This document shows positions 16,226-24,926 of a stretch of 56,590 bases of DNA, piece after piece (within the stretch, counting starts at the first letter, position 1; every line of letters starts with the position of its first letter). This DNA comes from an uncultured Candidatus Saccharibacteria bacterium (GTDB lineage Bacteria > Patescibacteriota > Saccharimonadia > Saccharimonadales > UBA7683): contig CAYNKQ010000001.1 in NCBI GenBank assembly GCA_964397855.1, positions 104,046 to 160,635 of the forward strand. The letters run 5' to 3'. The notes beneath the pieces are model-generated. The model was given only the letters and a program-made list of their open reading frames with translations, did no database searches and was not told where the DNA came from. The position numbers and the translations under genes were made by a program.

Positions 16226-18045
16226 TGATTGATAGTCAGTGAACCATCTGCTGATGAATTGTGGTGCCCATGGCTAACTTCTGGTATTTGTTCATTGGTA
16301 TCAAAGTGAACTGGCGACGTCGGTAAATCGGCTGTTGAAACAGGAGTAGCGTTGGTGTCAACTGCTGCCTCGGTTTGCGGCACTACAACCAAATCCTTAA
16401 GTGAGGTGTGCTGGGGAATCTGCTGGCCAGTTGGGGAGATATTTTCCAAAGGTTTGGCGATCGGGACTGGTTGCTCTGTTATTCCGTACCTTCCAACCAT
16501 TTCTGGTAGAGTTGTGTGGTGTTCTGGGCTAGAAGCTTCAAGTGGCTGGAACTGTGGTTCTGGCTGCTGAGGAAAGGGCGCTGGCTGAGGCATTATTGGT
16601 GTGACTGGCTCGGGCAAAGGTGTCGACGTAGAGGGAAGTACTGGAGCTACGTAGTTTTCTACTGAAAGCGGGTCAGAATAATAATTGTTTTGTCGTTTTT
16701 TACGCCAAATCATAAAGGCCACGAACCCACCACCGGCCAAGATGATTGGCAGAAGAATCAGGAGTATAGCCGGTGATGTCTTCTTCGCTGTAACTGCGGT
16801 TACTTTCGGCGCAGCTGATTGCTCGGTAAGTGCTAGACTGACGCGTTGGATCGGTGTATCATCGCCTTCCGGTAGGGTAACTGTGGCGTCTGTTTCTTGG
16901 GAAAGCTCATCTTTTTGTGCAAATATTGTTACATCGCCTTCCGGCAGCTCTAGTGTGGTTTCGCCGTTTTCGTCAGTGTTTTGAATAATTTCATCAACTG
17001 TAATGGTTGCATCTACAACCGGTGCTTCATCTTTGTCGGTGACTTTGATTACAACTGCAATTGGCTTGGTTGTGAACTCACTGTCAACGGTTACGGGACC
17101 ACTCCCGTCGTCGGCGGTTACGCGAATGTAGTATGCTGTGCCAGCTCGAAGTTTCTGGGCGTCGATCTCCATAGTATGCTGGGTGGTGGCTTCTGCGGAA
17201 ATTTGTTCAGTGGAAAGGTCGTCTGGGTTTGTCCCAAAGTTTATTTTGCTTGGGGTGGGTTTTGTTGTATTCCAAGACAAGGACGCCCCTCTGTAGCGCA
17301 GATTAGTAATAGTGAAGTCGGTTAGCTGTAGTCCGGTCTCAGAAGTTGGTGATTCCCCTGGGTCTTCCGGAGTGCTTCGGCTACTACCGCCACTCGGTGT
17401 TCGGGGTTTTGAAGGAGTTGGTGTAGTGGGGGTGGTAGACTTTGGAGCTGTTGGTTTTGTTGGAGTGGTAGGTTTTGTTGGCGGAGTCACGGGTGGAGTA
17501 ACAGGGGGGACAACAGGAGGGGTGACGGGTGGTGTTACCACCGGATTACTCACAGCAAAATCTGCTCTACCGACAGTAAAGCTGACATTATTTTTTGGGT
17601 AATTAATGATCTTACTCTCGGTACCTGGTCTGAATCCCCAGCTACCCGCTGCTGTTGCTTTGAATCGAATAGTTGCAAAATGGAAGTCACCGGCAGTTGT
17701 GGTGTTGCGTGTACTTTCCATGTAAATCTTGCCTTCAGCCCCTGGTGTATGTTTTGTGGTAGTGTTTTGATTAGGAAAATCTGCGCCTCGCTGAATGCTC
17801 AAAACTTGCAGTCCCCTGCCGTTGTAGTAAAGGTTCACAAAAGCAGCGTTGATAGGGCTCGGGCTGCTTACTCTAACGAGTGCGTTAAATTCTTGGCCAA
17901 CTGTGTAGCCCGCGGACGAAGGAGTGATGTATATTCGGCCACCGCTTGCGGCCTGTACGGAACTCTGGGCATCAGCAAAGTAGATCCCGCCGCCAAGCAC
18001 TGCGATCATACAGAGCACTAATATTTTGTGTACGAATTGTTTCAT
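16222..18045 (-). CDS. Large type-I membrane surface protein: cohesin-like + P/T linker + FN3-like + CarboxypepD_reg-like domains, TM, proline-rich cytoplasmic tail
   Basis: Signal peptide MKQFVHKILVLCMIAVLGGGIYFADA. Cohesin-like block RIYITPSSAGYTVGQEFNALVRV...FATIRFKATAAG. FN3-like block TITNLRYRGASLSWNT...YYIRVTADD. TM ILLILLPIILAGGGFVAFMIW. The stop region overlaps the convergent ABC ATPase gene by 4 nt. Confidence 0.8.
   Translation of the reverse strand: MKQFVHKILVLCMIAVLGGGIYFADAQSSVQAASGGRIYITPSSAGYTVGQEFNALVRVSSPSPINAAFVNLYYNGRGLQVLSIQRGADFPNQNTTTKHTPGAEGKIYMESTRNTTTAGDFHFATIRFKATAAGSWGFRPGTESKIINYPKNNVSFTVGRADFAVSNPVVTPPVTPPVVPPVTPPVTPPTKPTTPTKPTAPKSTTPTTPTPSKPRTPSGGSSRSTPEDPGESPTSETGLQLTDFTITNLRYRGASLSWNTTKPTPSKINFGTNPDDLSTEQISAEATTQHTMEIDAQKLRAGTAYYIRVTADDGSGPVTVDSEFTTKPIAVVIKVTDKDEAPVVDATITVDEIIQNTDENGETTLELPEGDVTIFAQKDELSQETDATVTLPEGDDTPIQRVSLALTEQSAAPKVTAVTAKKTSPAILLILLPIILAGGGFVAFMIWRKKRQNNYYSDPLSVENYVAPVLPSTSTPLPEPVTPIMPQPAPFPQQPEPQFQPLEASSPEHHTTLPEMVGRYGITEQPVPIAKPLENISPTGQQIPQHTSLKDLVVVPQTEAAVDTNATPVSTADLPTSPVHFDTNEQIPEVSHGHHNSSADGSLTINH
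17395..17547 (-). repeat. Low-complexity Pro/Thr-rich coding repeat (PPVT/PTKPT units)
   Basis: Residues 167-217 read NPVVTPPVTPPVVPPVTPPVTPPTKPTTPTKPTAPKSTTPTTPTPSKPRTP. The DNA shows reiterated ggtgg(a/t)gt(a/c)ac units. Confidence 0.85.
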
Positions 18046-18129
18046 GTTTATATCAACTAGTTTACACCTTATAGTATAGCAAATTTGATATCAGTATGTC
18101 CTTATGTCTGGCTGTGGCATAATAGAATC

Positions 18130-18585
18130 ATGCAAACGCCATTCCAAAATCTTAAAGTGCAGGTTGTCAGACGCAGTAGCAGCCCTGTTAATGATGTGAA
18201 GCCAAAGGTTAAATCAGATGGCTTTCATAAATTATCGGTGAAAATAGCCAATAAACTAGGTAGCTCAACGGCATTTTACTTGGCGGTTATAGTGATACTT
18301 GCCTGGGTGGTAAGTGGTCCACTATTTAATTTTTCTGATACGTGGCAGTTGGTTATAAACACTGGCACAACTATAATTACATTTCTCATGGTGTTCGTTA
18401 TTCAAAATACGCAGAACAGAGACGGCAAAGCCATGCAGCTCAAGCTTGACGAGCTCATCAGTAAAACAACCGGGGCCCGTAACGAGTTTGTTGATGTTGA
18501 GGATCTGAGCGATGCTGAGATAGATGTGCTGCAGGAACAATTTCGTAAGATTCACCAAAAGATCCAAGACAAGAAAAATAAATAG
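18130..18585 (+). CDS. Low-affinity iron permease (Fet4-like, PF04120-type) family protein
   Basis: FSDTWQLVINTGTTIITFLMVFVIQNTQNRDGKAMQLKLDELI is the signature core of this family. ATG 18130 lies 6 nt after TGgCATAAT (18115-18123). The track start 18085 is upstream of that promoter. Confidence 0.7.
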   Translation: MQTPFQNLKVQVVRRSSSPVNDVKPKVKSDGFHKLSVKIANKLGSSTAFYLAVIVILAWVVSGPLFNFSDTWQLVINTGTTIITFLMVFVIQNTQNRDGKAMQLKLDELISKTTGARNEFVDVEDLSDAEIDVLQEQFRKIHQKIQDKKNK

Positions 18586-18598
18586 TTTAGGTTAGATA

Positions 18599-18943
18599 TT
18601 ATTGATTCGACTGGGCTTTAAACTTTTCAATAGCTTCTTTGTAGAATGGCTGAAACTTTGGTCCTACGCAGTCAATTTGAAGTTCGTTGAGAGCGGCCTC
18701 TTCGCTGCCAAGCACCTTTGCTCGTTCGCGGGCACCAGCGACATTCTGACAGTAACGATCTCTAGAAGCAGAGTAGAAGCTTCGATCGAACGAATCTGTG
18801 CTAGTCAGCACTACGATCGTTACAAAGAACAATATGTTAAGTAAAACTGAAGCAACAGCGATGCTCTTGAAGATATCGCTCTGAACGACTTTATGTACTC
18901 TTTGTGTAAATTTCTTAGTAGGGGTTTTCTTGTTTGTGGCCAT
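18599..18943 (-). CDS. Small membrane-anchored hypothetical protein
   Basis: 114-aa ORF with a basic N-terminus, one TM (IAVASVLLNILFFVTIVVL) and two Cys in the C-terminal domain. Confidence 0.6.
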   Translation of the reverse strand: MATNKKTPTKKFTQRVHKVVQSDIFKSIAVASVLLNILFFVTIVVLTSTDSFDRSFYSASRDRYCQNVAGARERAKVLGSEEAALNELQIDCVGPKFQPFYKEAIEKFKAQSNQ

Positions 18944-19017
18944 AGTAGTACTGTAGCATAAGCATAATAATTCTTACAATATTTTACTACCTATGGTGTA
19001 GTTTATCATTGCACTTA

Positions 19018-19190
19018 CGCTATCAAGAGCGTACAATAAGTGGTGTTAACAATTCGACCTATGTTACAACGGAAGTTGGTGACCTGTTCTTCGTTAAAAG
19101 CTGCGAAGGGCGCGAATTCCAACACTGTGCCGCAACGGTGAATCCTCTCAAGCTTTATGCAGCAGGGGAAAGTCCGATACGTTTGTAGCG
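19018..19190 (+). promoter_or_regulatory. Riboswitch-like structured leader with a cobalamin-riboswitch-like core
   Basis: GGAAGTTGGTGA (19071-19082) and GAATTCCAACACTGTGCCGCAACGGTGA (19114-19141) resemble the conserved GGGAA..GGTGAGAAT.CC....CCCGC.AC.GTGA core. GTTGG pairs with CCAAC. GGGGAAAGTCCGATAC lies at 19165-19180. A closing helix forms from CGCTA/CAA/CGTA (19018-19033) with TACG/TTG/TAGCG (19178-19190). Class assignment is by eye only. Confidence 0.45.
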
Positions 19191-19257
19191 ACTAGTAGGT
19201 CTCCCGAGCAGGAGGAAATAAAAAGATCAAAAATTAAAGGGTTTGTCTTTTTTGAAA

Positions 19258-19293
19258 CTTCTGCCTGGATAATACCAAAAGCAGGAGTTTTTT
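19258..19293 (+). terminator. Leader terminator / SD-sequestering hairpin
   Basis: CTTCTGC (19258-19264) pairs with GCAGGAG (19281-19287, containing the SD) and is followed by TTTTTT, 1 nt before ATG 19295. A second GCAGGAG at 19208-19214 could form the alternative pairing. Confidence 0.6.
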
Positions 19294-19294
19294 A

Positions 19295-20932
19295 ATGAGG
19301 AAGGTAATTGAAGGAAGTTGGGTGGGCCAACGGTCTCAACTTGAGACTGCTGAATTTCAGGTTGGGCCAGAAGACTTTGGCGCCATTGGTGCAGCCTGCG
19401 AACAATTGCTTCAAGCTAACCTTGCTCAAACTGCCTACTTTGCGAACGATATTCTGATGCATGGTTCGGTCCGACCAGAAACAAGGCAGCGTGTTTCTAA
19501 CGAGCTTGTTGGTGTGGCGATTGAAAAACTTGGCAAGCCATTTTGTGTTGAACTAGAGTATAAAAATAGCCTCAACGGATTGGTTGCAGAAAACGGCGAA
19601 ACCCTTCGAAGCCTTAATGAACGTGGTCTCAGCAGGGCTATTGAAGAACAGTCGAAAGACCCAAGGCTGGCATTTATGGTAGAGCGACGTAGAGCAGATA
19701 TTGCGTTACTTGATTTTATTGAAAACAAATTACCAGTTGGAAGTAGTGTTGTAGTGGCGTCTGCCTGCCCAGATGCTAACGACCTCCAGATACCTATACA
19801 AGTTTTGGAAGATGCCCACTATCAACCAGAGCTTGATCAGGCTATGGTTTGGATAGTTACAAAAAATGAGACAGGCGTCACGTTTAAAACCATAAATCTA
19901 TTCCATGCGAATCCTGAAATTCTTGCCCAAACGATTGCTACCGCGACCTCTCGGCCAGTTGCTGTTGACTCTCGTGAGCGCACGCCTTGGAGCAGAACAG
20001 TGGTTGAAGGCTCTGCCGACCAACTTGAGAATACAATTATTGAAACATTTGACCAAGTTCTAACAACACTTAGGGGCCAAGAAACATTTCACGGCTTAAC
20101 AAGCGTGGAACGCGGGACTTCAGCGGCAGTTAGTTCCGAGGATCTTACTAGCGATAAACAATTTATCAAAATGCTTCAGGCAACTGAGAACATTCTGGAA
20201 AGCGTCGCAATGAGTATCACCGGTGAACGTTCTGTTATCCCAAATAATTACTTGCAAAAAATACTAACCATAAAAAAAGCCAATGGCAGCTTTGAGCTTG
20301 AAGGTGAAAAACGCAGAGCAGTCACAAAGCTGCTAAACAATGCCACAACCATAGAGGAGTCTATGATTGCATATCAAGTGGTGCACACTGCCGCTTGTTC
20401 AGGGCTTTGGGCCACCATTGATCAGCTCTATCATCAGCAAGGTGGCAAGCAGCAAATGGAATTTAACGGCGGCGATTCAGGTGTTGCAATTGGTGGGCTT
20501 AGCAATCTTGAATCAAGCAGAAGTTCAGGTCGCGTAGAATACGGCTGCCCTGGAGATAGTGCGCCGAGTAGTGAAACAAAAAGTATTTTTGATATGAATC
20601 AATCGGAAATTGCCTCCACGATATTTGGTCGCAAAGTTATTCAAACTAACTGTCCTAAGTGTGACACAAAAGGGGTAGAGGCTGTTGTTGAACACGGAAC
20701 CATCACTTGCGGAACCTGTAATGCCTGTGTTGACGTGTGTACGGGTAGGACTCTGCGTAACGCTCGATTTCGAAAACGTGCTGCAAAGGTGGCTAAGAAA
20801 GCTTGGACGTTGTTTGGCTCTGTTAAAAAACCAAAAAAAGAACCAACGTTTAAACTTTTTGATTTTTCAAAAGTAAAACAATCTAAGCATACCCAAAAAA
20901 TCCAAAAACGTGAGACAATAAAGGCTGCATGA
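19295..20932 (+). CDS. Hypothetical 545-aa protein with C-terminal Cys4 zinc ribbon and Lys-rich tail
   Basis: Long ORF with SD AGGAG, no TM segment and no family I recognise. C-terminus NCPKCDTKG...TCGTCNACVDVC is followed by a KKxxKK-rich tail. Confidence 0.75.
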   Translation: MRKVIEGSWVGQRSQLETAEFQVGPEDFGAIGAACEQLLQANLAQTAYFANDILMHGSVRPETRQRVSNELVGVAIEKLGKPFCVELEYKNSLNGLVAENGETLRSLNERGLSRAIEEQSKDPRLAFMVERRRADIALLDFIENKLPVGSSVVVASACPDANDLQIPIQVLEDAHYQPELDQAMVWIVTKNETGVTFKTINLFHANPEILAQTIATATSRPVAVDSRERTPWSRTVVEGSADQLENTIIETFDQVLTTLRGQETFHGLTSVERGTSAAVSSEDLTSDKQFIKMLQATENILESVAMSITGERSVIPNNYLQKILTIKKANGSFELEGEKRRAVTKLLNNATTIEESMIAYQVVHTAACSGLWATIDQLYHQQGGKQQMEFNGGDSGVAIGGLSNLESSRSSGRVEYGCPGDSAPSSETKSIFDMNQSEIASTIFGRKVIQTNCPKCDTKGVEAVVEHGTITCGTCNACVDVCTGRTLRNARFRKRAAKVAKKAWTLFGSVKKPKKEPTFKLFDFSKVKQSKHTQKIQKRETIKAA

Positions 20933-21528
20933 AGATAGGACTATTCGCCGGAACTTTCGATCCAATCCATAATGGGCATCTTGCGTTTGCACAAAAGGCC
21001 GTACAAGAAGCTGAGCTCGATAAAGTTGTTATAGTTGCTGAAAAGAACCCTTACCGTAAAAAGCCACATGCCCAATGGGATCATCGCCAATCAATGATTG
21101 AGCATGCTACTGAATCCGACACATTTGCCGACCATGATTACGAGTTTTCAAATCAGTTAGCCCACAAACACACCATGATAGATTTTCTGAATGTTGCTCA
21201 AAAACATTACGGTAATGAGCATGAATTTTGGTTTTTGGTAGGTGCAGATACATTTGAACATATGCATAAGTGGCGTGATGTTGCTGCAACCCATGTCTAT
21301 GGTGGTTTCGTGGTTGCTCTGAGGGACGAACAGACTATGGAATGGCTTGAATCAAAGATCAAGACTCTCAAAGATATCGGTATGCACGTTCAGTATAAAG
21401 TAGTGCCTAACATGTACGGATCAATAAGTTCAAGCAAGGTTCGTACTCAGGTACAAAATGGCGGGATTGTTTCTGACATTTCACCAGCCGTCGCTAGTTA
21501 TATGCAGGCCCACAAACTCTATATTTAG
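20929..21528 (+). CDS. nadD: Nicotinate/nicotinamide-nucleotide adenylyltransferase-like (cytidylyltransferase fold)
   Basis: GLFAGTFDPIHNGHL is the (H/T)xGH motif, and ISSSKVR is the C-terminal ISST-like motif. The start overlaps the upstream stop (ATGA). Confidence 0.7.
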   Translation: MKIGLFAGTFDPIHNGHLAFAQKAVQEAELDKVVIVAEKNPYRKKPHAQWDHRQSMIEHATESDTFADHDYEFSNQLAHKHTMIDFLNVAQKHYGNEHEFWFLVGADTFEHMHKWRDVAATHVYGGFVVALRDEQTMEWLESKIKTLKDIGMHVQYKVVPNMYGSISSSKVRTQVQNGGIVSDISPAVASYMQAHKLYI

Positions 21529-21570
21529 TTGCGTAGCATCTGAGTAAAATGCTTATGATATACTAACTCT

Positions 21571-22929
21571 GTGCTTGCAATACAAACATATTCACTCCTC
21601 GTTGTCGGGGCATTTTTAATAGTAGGCTACTTAGTCGTACGCTTACCGTTGCTGAGTCGAGCCTATCTACCTGGTTCGCTTATTGCTGGTGCCCTGCTAC
21701 TGCTTGTTAGTCCGCAAATTGCTGGTCAGTACTTTCCGGATTGGCAACTCAACGCACACTTTTATGAATTCTGGCGGATGCTGCCCAAACAGCTGATTAA
21801 CATTGTCTTCGCCAGTCTCTTTCTGGCTAGGCCACTTTTTCCAATGAAAAAGATGTGGAGCATGGCAGGGCCGCAAGTGGCCTTTGGGCAGATGTTGGCT
21901 TGGGGTCAGTATGCACTCGGTGGAATAGTAACGCTGTTGATACTAATTCCATTCTTCAAGGCTAGGGATATTACAGCTGCATTAATCGAAGTTAGTTTTG
22001 AGGGTGGTCACGGTACTGTTTCTGGCATGGCACCAGTTTTTAATAACCTTGGTTTCCAAGATGGTCAAGAAGTTGCGCTGGGCTTGGCAACGCTCAGTCT
22101 CTGCACGGCGCTAGTTAGTGGAGTGTTGCTTGTAGGCTGGGGGCGACGTCGAGGTCATATTAAAGCGGTCTACAAGACGAATCTTCGGGAGCGAATATAT
22201 CACCGGAGAATCATCCATGAACTTAACAAAAAGGGAGTCAAGCTCCGCGAGCATCTAACACCCAAGTGGGTGTTTAGTCACGTTGTTCTGATTGGCTTGA
22301 GTGTTCTGATTGGCTGGTTTATTTACCAAGGCTTGTTGCTTGTTGAAGTAAATACTTGGGGCAAGCATAACGTAACAGCACTACGTTACGTGCCGTTCTT
22401 CCCGTTTTGTATGTTTGGGGGAATGATCGCACAGATTATTTGGTCTAAGCTTGGGCTCTCTACTTCTCGGCCACTAGTAGAGCTCCTAAGCAGTATTGCG
22501 CTGAGTATTCTTATTGCAACCGCGGTTGCAACGATGTCGATTAATGCGATTGGTCATAATATTGGAATATTCTTGGTGCTTGCAGTGACTGGCATAGTTT
22601 GGATACTATTTGGCTTTACGGTGCTTGCACGTCATATGTTTAAAAAGCACTGGTTCCAAAATGGAATTGTTAATGCAGCCCAGAGTATGGGGATGACGGC
22701 TACGGGCCTGCTGTTCTTGCATATGGTAGATCCAGATGACAAGACTAACTCAGCAGAAAGCTTTGGTTTTAAGCAGCTGATGTTTGAGCCGTTCGTTGGT
22801 GGTGGCATTGTAACTGCACTTTCAATGCCAGCAATTATTGCTATAGGCTTGCCCATGTTCACTGCAATTGCTGCTGGAATCTGTGCGTTTTGGATGGTTA
22901 TTGGTGTTACGTACTTTGGTCGTAAATAG
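21571..22929 (+). CDS. Sodium:glutamate symporter (GltS/ESS family)-like permease
   Basis: About 12 TM helices. N-terminus LLVVGAFLIVGYLVVRLPLLSRAYLPGSLIAGALL is typical of GltS. GTG 21571 lies 6 nt after TGaTATACT (21556-21564). Confidence 0.65.
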   Translation: MLAIQTYSLLVVGAFLIVGYLVVRLPLLSRAYLPGSLIAGALLLLVSPQIAGQYFPDWQLNAHFYEFWRMLPKQLINIVFASLFLARPLFPMKKMWSMAGPQVAFGQMLAWGQYALGGIVTLLILIPFFKARDITAALIEVSFEGGHGTVSGMAPVFNNLGFQDGQEVALGLATLSLCTALVSGVLLVGWGRRRGHIKAVYKTNLRERIYHRRIIHELNKKGVKLREHLTPKWVFSHVVLIGLSVLIGWFIYQGLLLVEVNTWGKHNVTALRYVPFFPFCMFGGMIAQIIWSKLGLSTSRPLVELLSSIALSILIATAVATMSINAIGHNIGIFLVLAVTGIVWILFGFTVLARHMFKKHWFQNGIVNAAQSMGMTATGLLFLHMVDPDDKTNSAESFGFKQLMFEPFVGGGIVTALSMPAIIAIGLPMFTAIAAGICAFWMVIGVTYFGRK

Positions 22930-22942
22930 AAAGCTAAAAGTC

Positions 22943-24634
22943 CTAAGCGGATTCTTCGGAGTAGTGAGTTTCAAGGTAGTGCAAATGTTTTTCGCGGAAC
23001 TTGTTGAACTCAGATTTCTTAAGCCCAGATCGTTTCATGAAAGTACTGATTTTTTCCGAGCCAATAAAGTGTGGCATCATAACGTAAGCTGCGCCATTTG
23101 AGTACAGGTGTGCAGCTTGTCGGGCGGTGTCTGCGGATCCTACAAAAACTGCACCCGGGTTGTTAGCCTTGAGCCAACTTGCTAGAAATTCGTTTGTCGC
23201 AAAGTCACTAATTGTTGATACAACCAGTTTGCTTGTGTCAAGATTTAGTTCTTCTATCAGCTCAGCATCTGTTGCGTCACCATACATGAAATTAACGTGC
23301 TGTCGTTCAATAAGTTCAACAGCGTCTGGATCATAATCAACGACTACAAAGCGTTTCTTCATAGAACGAAAAGTGCGTATAAATTCTGCCCCGCCTTTAC
23401 GATAGCCAAAGAGCACAATCGGGTAGCGTTGAAGCGCAGTTTTCTGTTCAAGCTTTGTGACTTTACGCTCAAACAAGCGAAGGCGTTTTTCTAGCAAGGT
23501 ATATAGTTCGTCGTCATACTTTATGAGATAGGCTGAACCAGCAAAAGTGATTAAAGCAGTTAGGCTGATTACTGCTTGAACTGGTTTACCGACAAAGTTT
23601 CCGTGTAGTGCAGCGACTACAAACACCAAAGAGAACTCGCTGATCTGACTCATAGCAATTGCCGCCTTAAAGCTCGCCCGTTTTGTATAACCTAAAATGC
23701 CAAGAGTGATAAGAGTTATCAGCGGCTTTACAATAAAAACGAGTAACGAAAATATCACCGCGGCAACAATCGTTCCTCTGAGCTGGTGGGGAGCGAGTGT
23801 GTGCCCGAGAGTGATAAAGAAGATAATAATAAAGAAGTCACGAAGTGGCTTGAGGCGGGTTGTTATCTCGTGACTTACGGGTAGTCCAGCAAGGCTAATT
23901 CCTGCAAACAATGCACCAACTTCAATTGAAAAACCTATTTTGGCAAACAATGTTGCGATTCCAAGCGCCCAGCCAATAGAAACAACAAGCAGCAGTTCTT
24001 TAGAAGATTGAAGTATTCTAGCTAAGCGGGGTAATATATATCTACTGATGAGGTAGAGTAGCACGGTTACGAGTAGCCCCCGTCCAACTAATAGGCCAAG
24101 ACTTATTAAAGAGCCGCCCTCTGCTTTGCCAGACAGTACGATCTTTCCTACGGTTGCCACTACGTCTTGTAGTAGTAGGACGCCAATTGCGATCTGAGCA
24201 TACAATCTGCCGGTTTCTTTTTTATCATGCACGAGCGTAACAATAATAATTGTGCTACTCAGCGCTAAACACAGGCCGATAATTAGCGATTCTAGTCGTC
24301 CGAAATTAAGTAGCTGTGCAGCAATAGCGCCAACTGCTGTCATAAATCCAACTTGCGCTAAAGTTGTTGTAAACACGACCTTACCGAGACGTGAAACAAT
24401 TTTGAGGCTGAGTTCTAAGCCAACAATAAATAGCAACAGGGCAACACCAAGCGTGCTGAGCACCTCAAAGCCACTTTCATCACGAATAATATTAAACAAT
24501 GCTGGTCCCGCCAGTACGCCAGTGATGATATGTCCAATAATCAGCGGCTGCTTAAGCGTGCGCATGATGATTGCAATACCAGCACCAAGCCCTACTACAA
24601 GGCTCAGTTGCGTAAAAAAATCTAATCCATGCAT
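22943..24634 (-). CDS. CPA2 cation:proton antiporter with C-terminal RCK/TrkA-N domain (Kef-like)
   Basis: The Na_H_exchanger-type TM domain spans about 380 aa, followed by YPIVLFGYRKGGAEFIRTF...VVVDYDPD (Rossmann-like RCK). SD AAGAGGAA lies upstream. Confidence 0.85.
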   Translation of the reverse strand: MHGLDFFTQLSLVVGLGAGIAIIMRTLKQPLIIGHIITGVLAGPALFNIIRDESGFEVLSTLGVALLLFIVGLELSLKIVSRLGKVVFTTTLAQVGFMTAVGAIAAQLLNFGRLESLIIGLCLALSSTIIIVTLVHDKKETGRLYAQIAIGVLLLQDVVATVGKIVLSGKAEGGSLISLGLLVGRGLLVTVLLYLISRYILPRLARILQSSKELLLVVSIGWALGIATLFAKIGFSIEVGALFAGISLAGLPVSHEITTRLKPLRDFFIIIFFITLGHTLAPHQLRGTIVAAVIFSLLVFIVKPLITLITLGILGYTKRASFKAAIAMSQISEFSLVFVVAALHGNFVGKPVQAVISLTALITFAGSAYLIKYDDELYTLLEKRLRLFERKVTKLEQKTALQRYPIVLFGYRKGGAEFIRTFRSMKKRFVVVDYDPDAVELIERQHVNFMYGDATDAELIEELNLDTSKLVVSTISDFATNEFLASWLKANNPGAVFVGSADTARQAAHLYSNGAAYVMMPHFIGSEKISTFMKRSGLKKSEFNKFREKHLHYLETHYSEESA

Positions 24635-24814
24635 GTTTGTTTCCTCTTAATTTAAGGTAAATTATGACACAAACTACTTATGTTTGTCCACAGTGGAGTA
24701 GTTAGTAAGGTAAACAAAAAGCAAAGACCATTCCTTCGCCGCTGCAAATTTAATAATTCTCGCAACGCGAGACAGCTAATCCACCCATTCACTACTCACC
24801 CGAATACTTAACGA

Positions 24815-24926
24815 CTGGATCCTCAGTCAAGTTGAGGATGACAGAGGCAGGAGATTGATTATTGAATGGCTGGATCCCGTACCCGCCTGTCTGGCCGACA
24901 GGACGGGCAGGTCAAGTCCAGGATGA
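24815..24926. repeat. Two related hairpin units in the dsbA-kef intergenic region
   Basis: Unit a (24815-24841) is CTGGATCC-TCA-GTCAAGT-TGAGGATGA. Unit b (24870-24926) is CTGGATCC-[33-nt insert with hairpin 24882-24907]-GTCAAGT-CCAGGATGA. Confidence 0.5.

Noticed and set aside
19165-19180. GGGGAAAGTCCG, reminiscent of the RNase P RNA CR-I (GAGGAAAGTCCGGGC)
   Set aside because: Only this block matches. The other conserved RNase P regions are absent, and only about 115 nt remain before a well-supported ORF. It fits better as part of the riboswitch-like leader.
24821-24840. T-arm-like hairpin CCTCA-GTCAAGT-TGAGG, possibly a tRNA
   Set aside because: No acceptor-stem partner, D-arm or anticodon arm can be drawn in the flanking 80 nt. 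It is reported only as part of the repeat pair.
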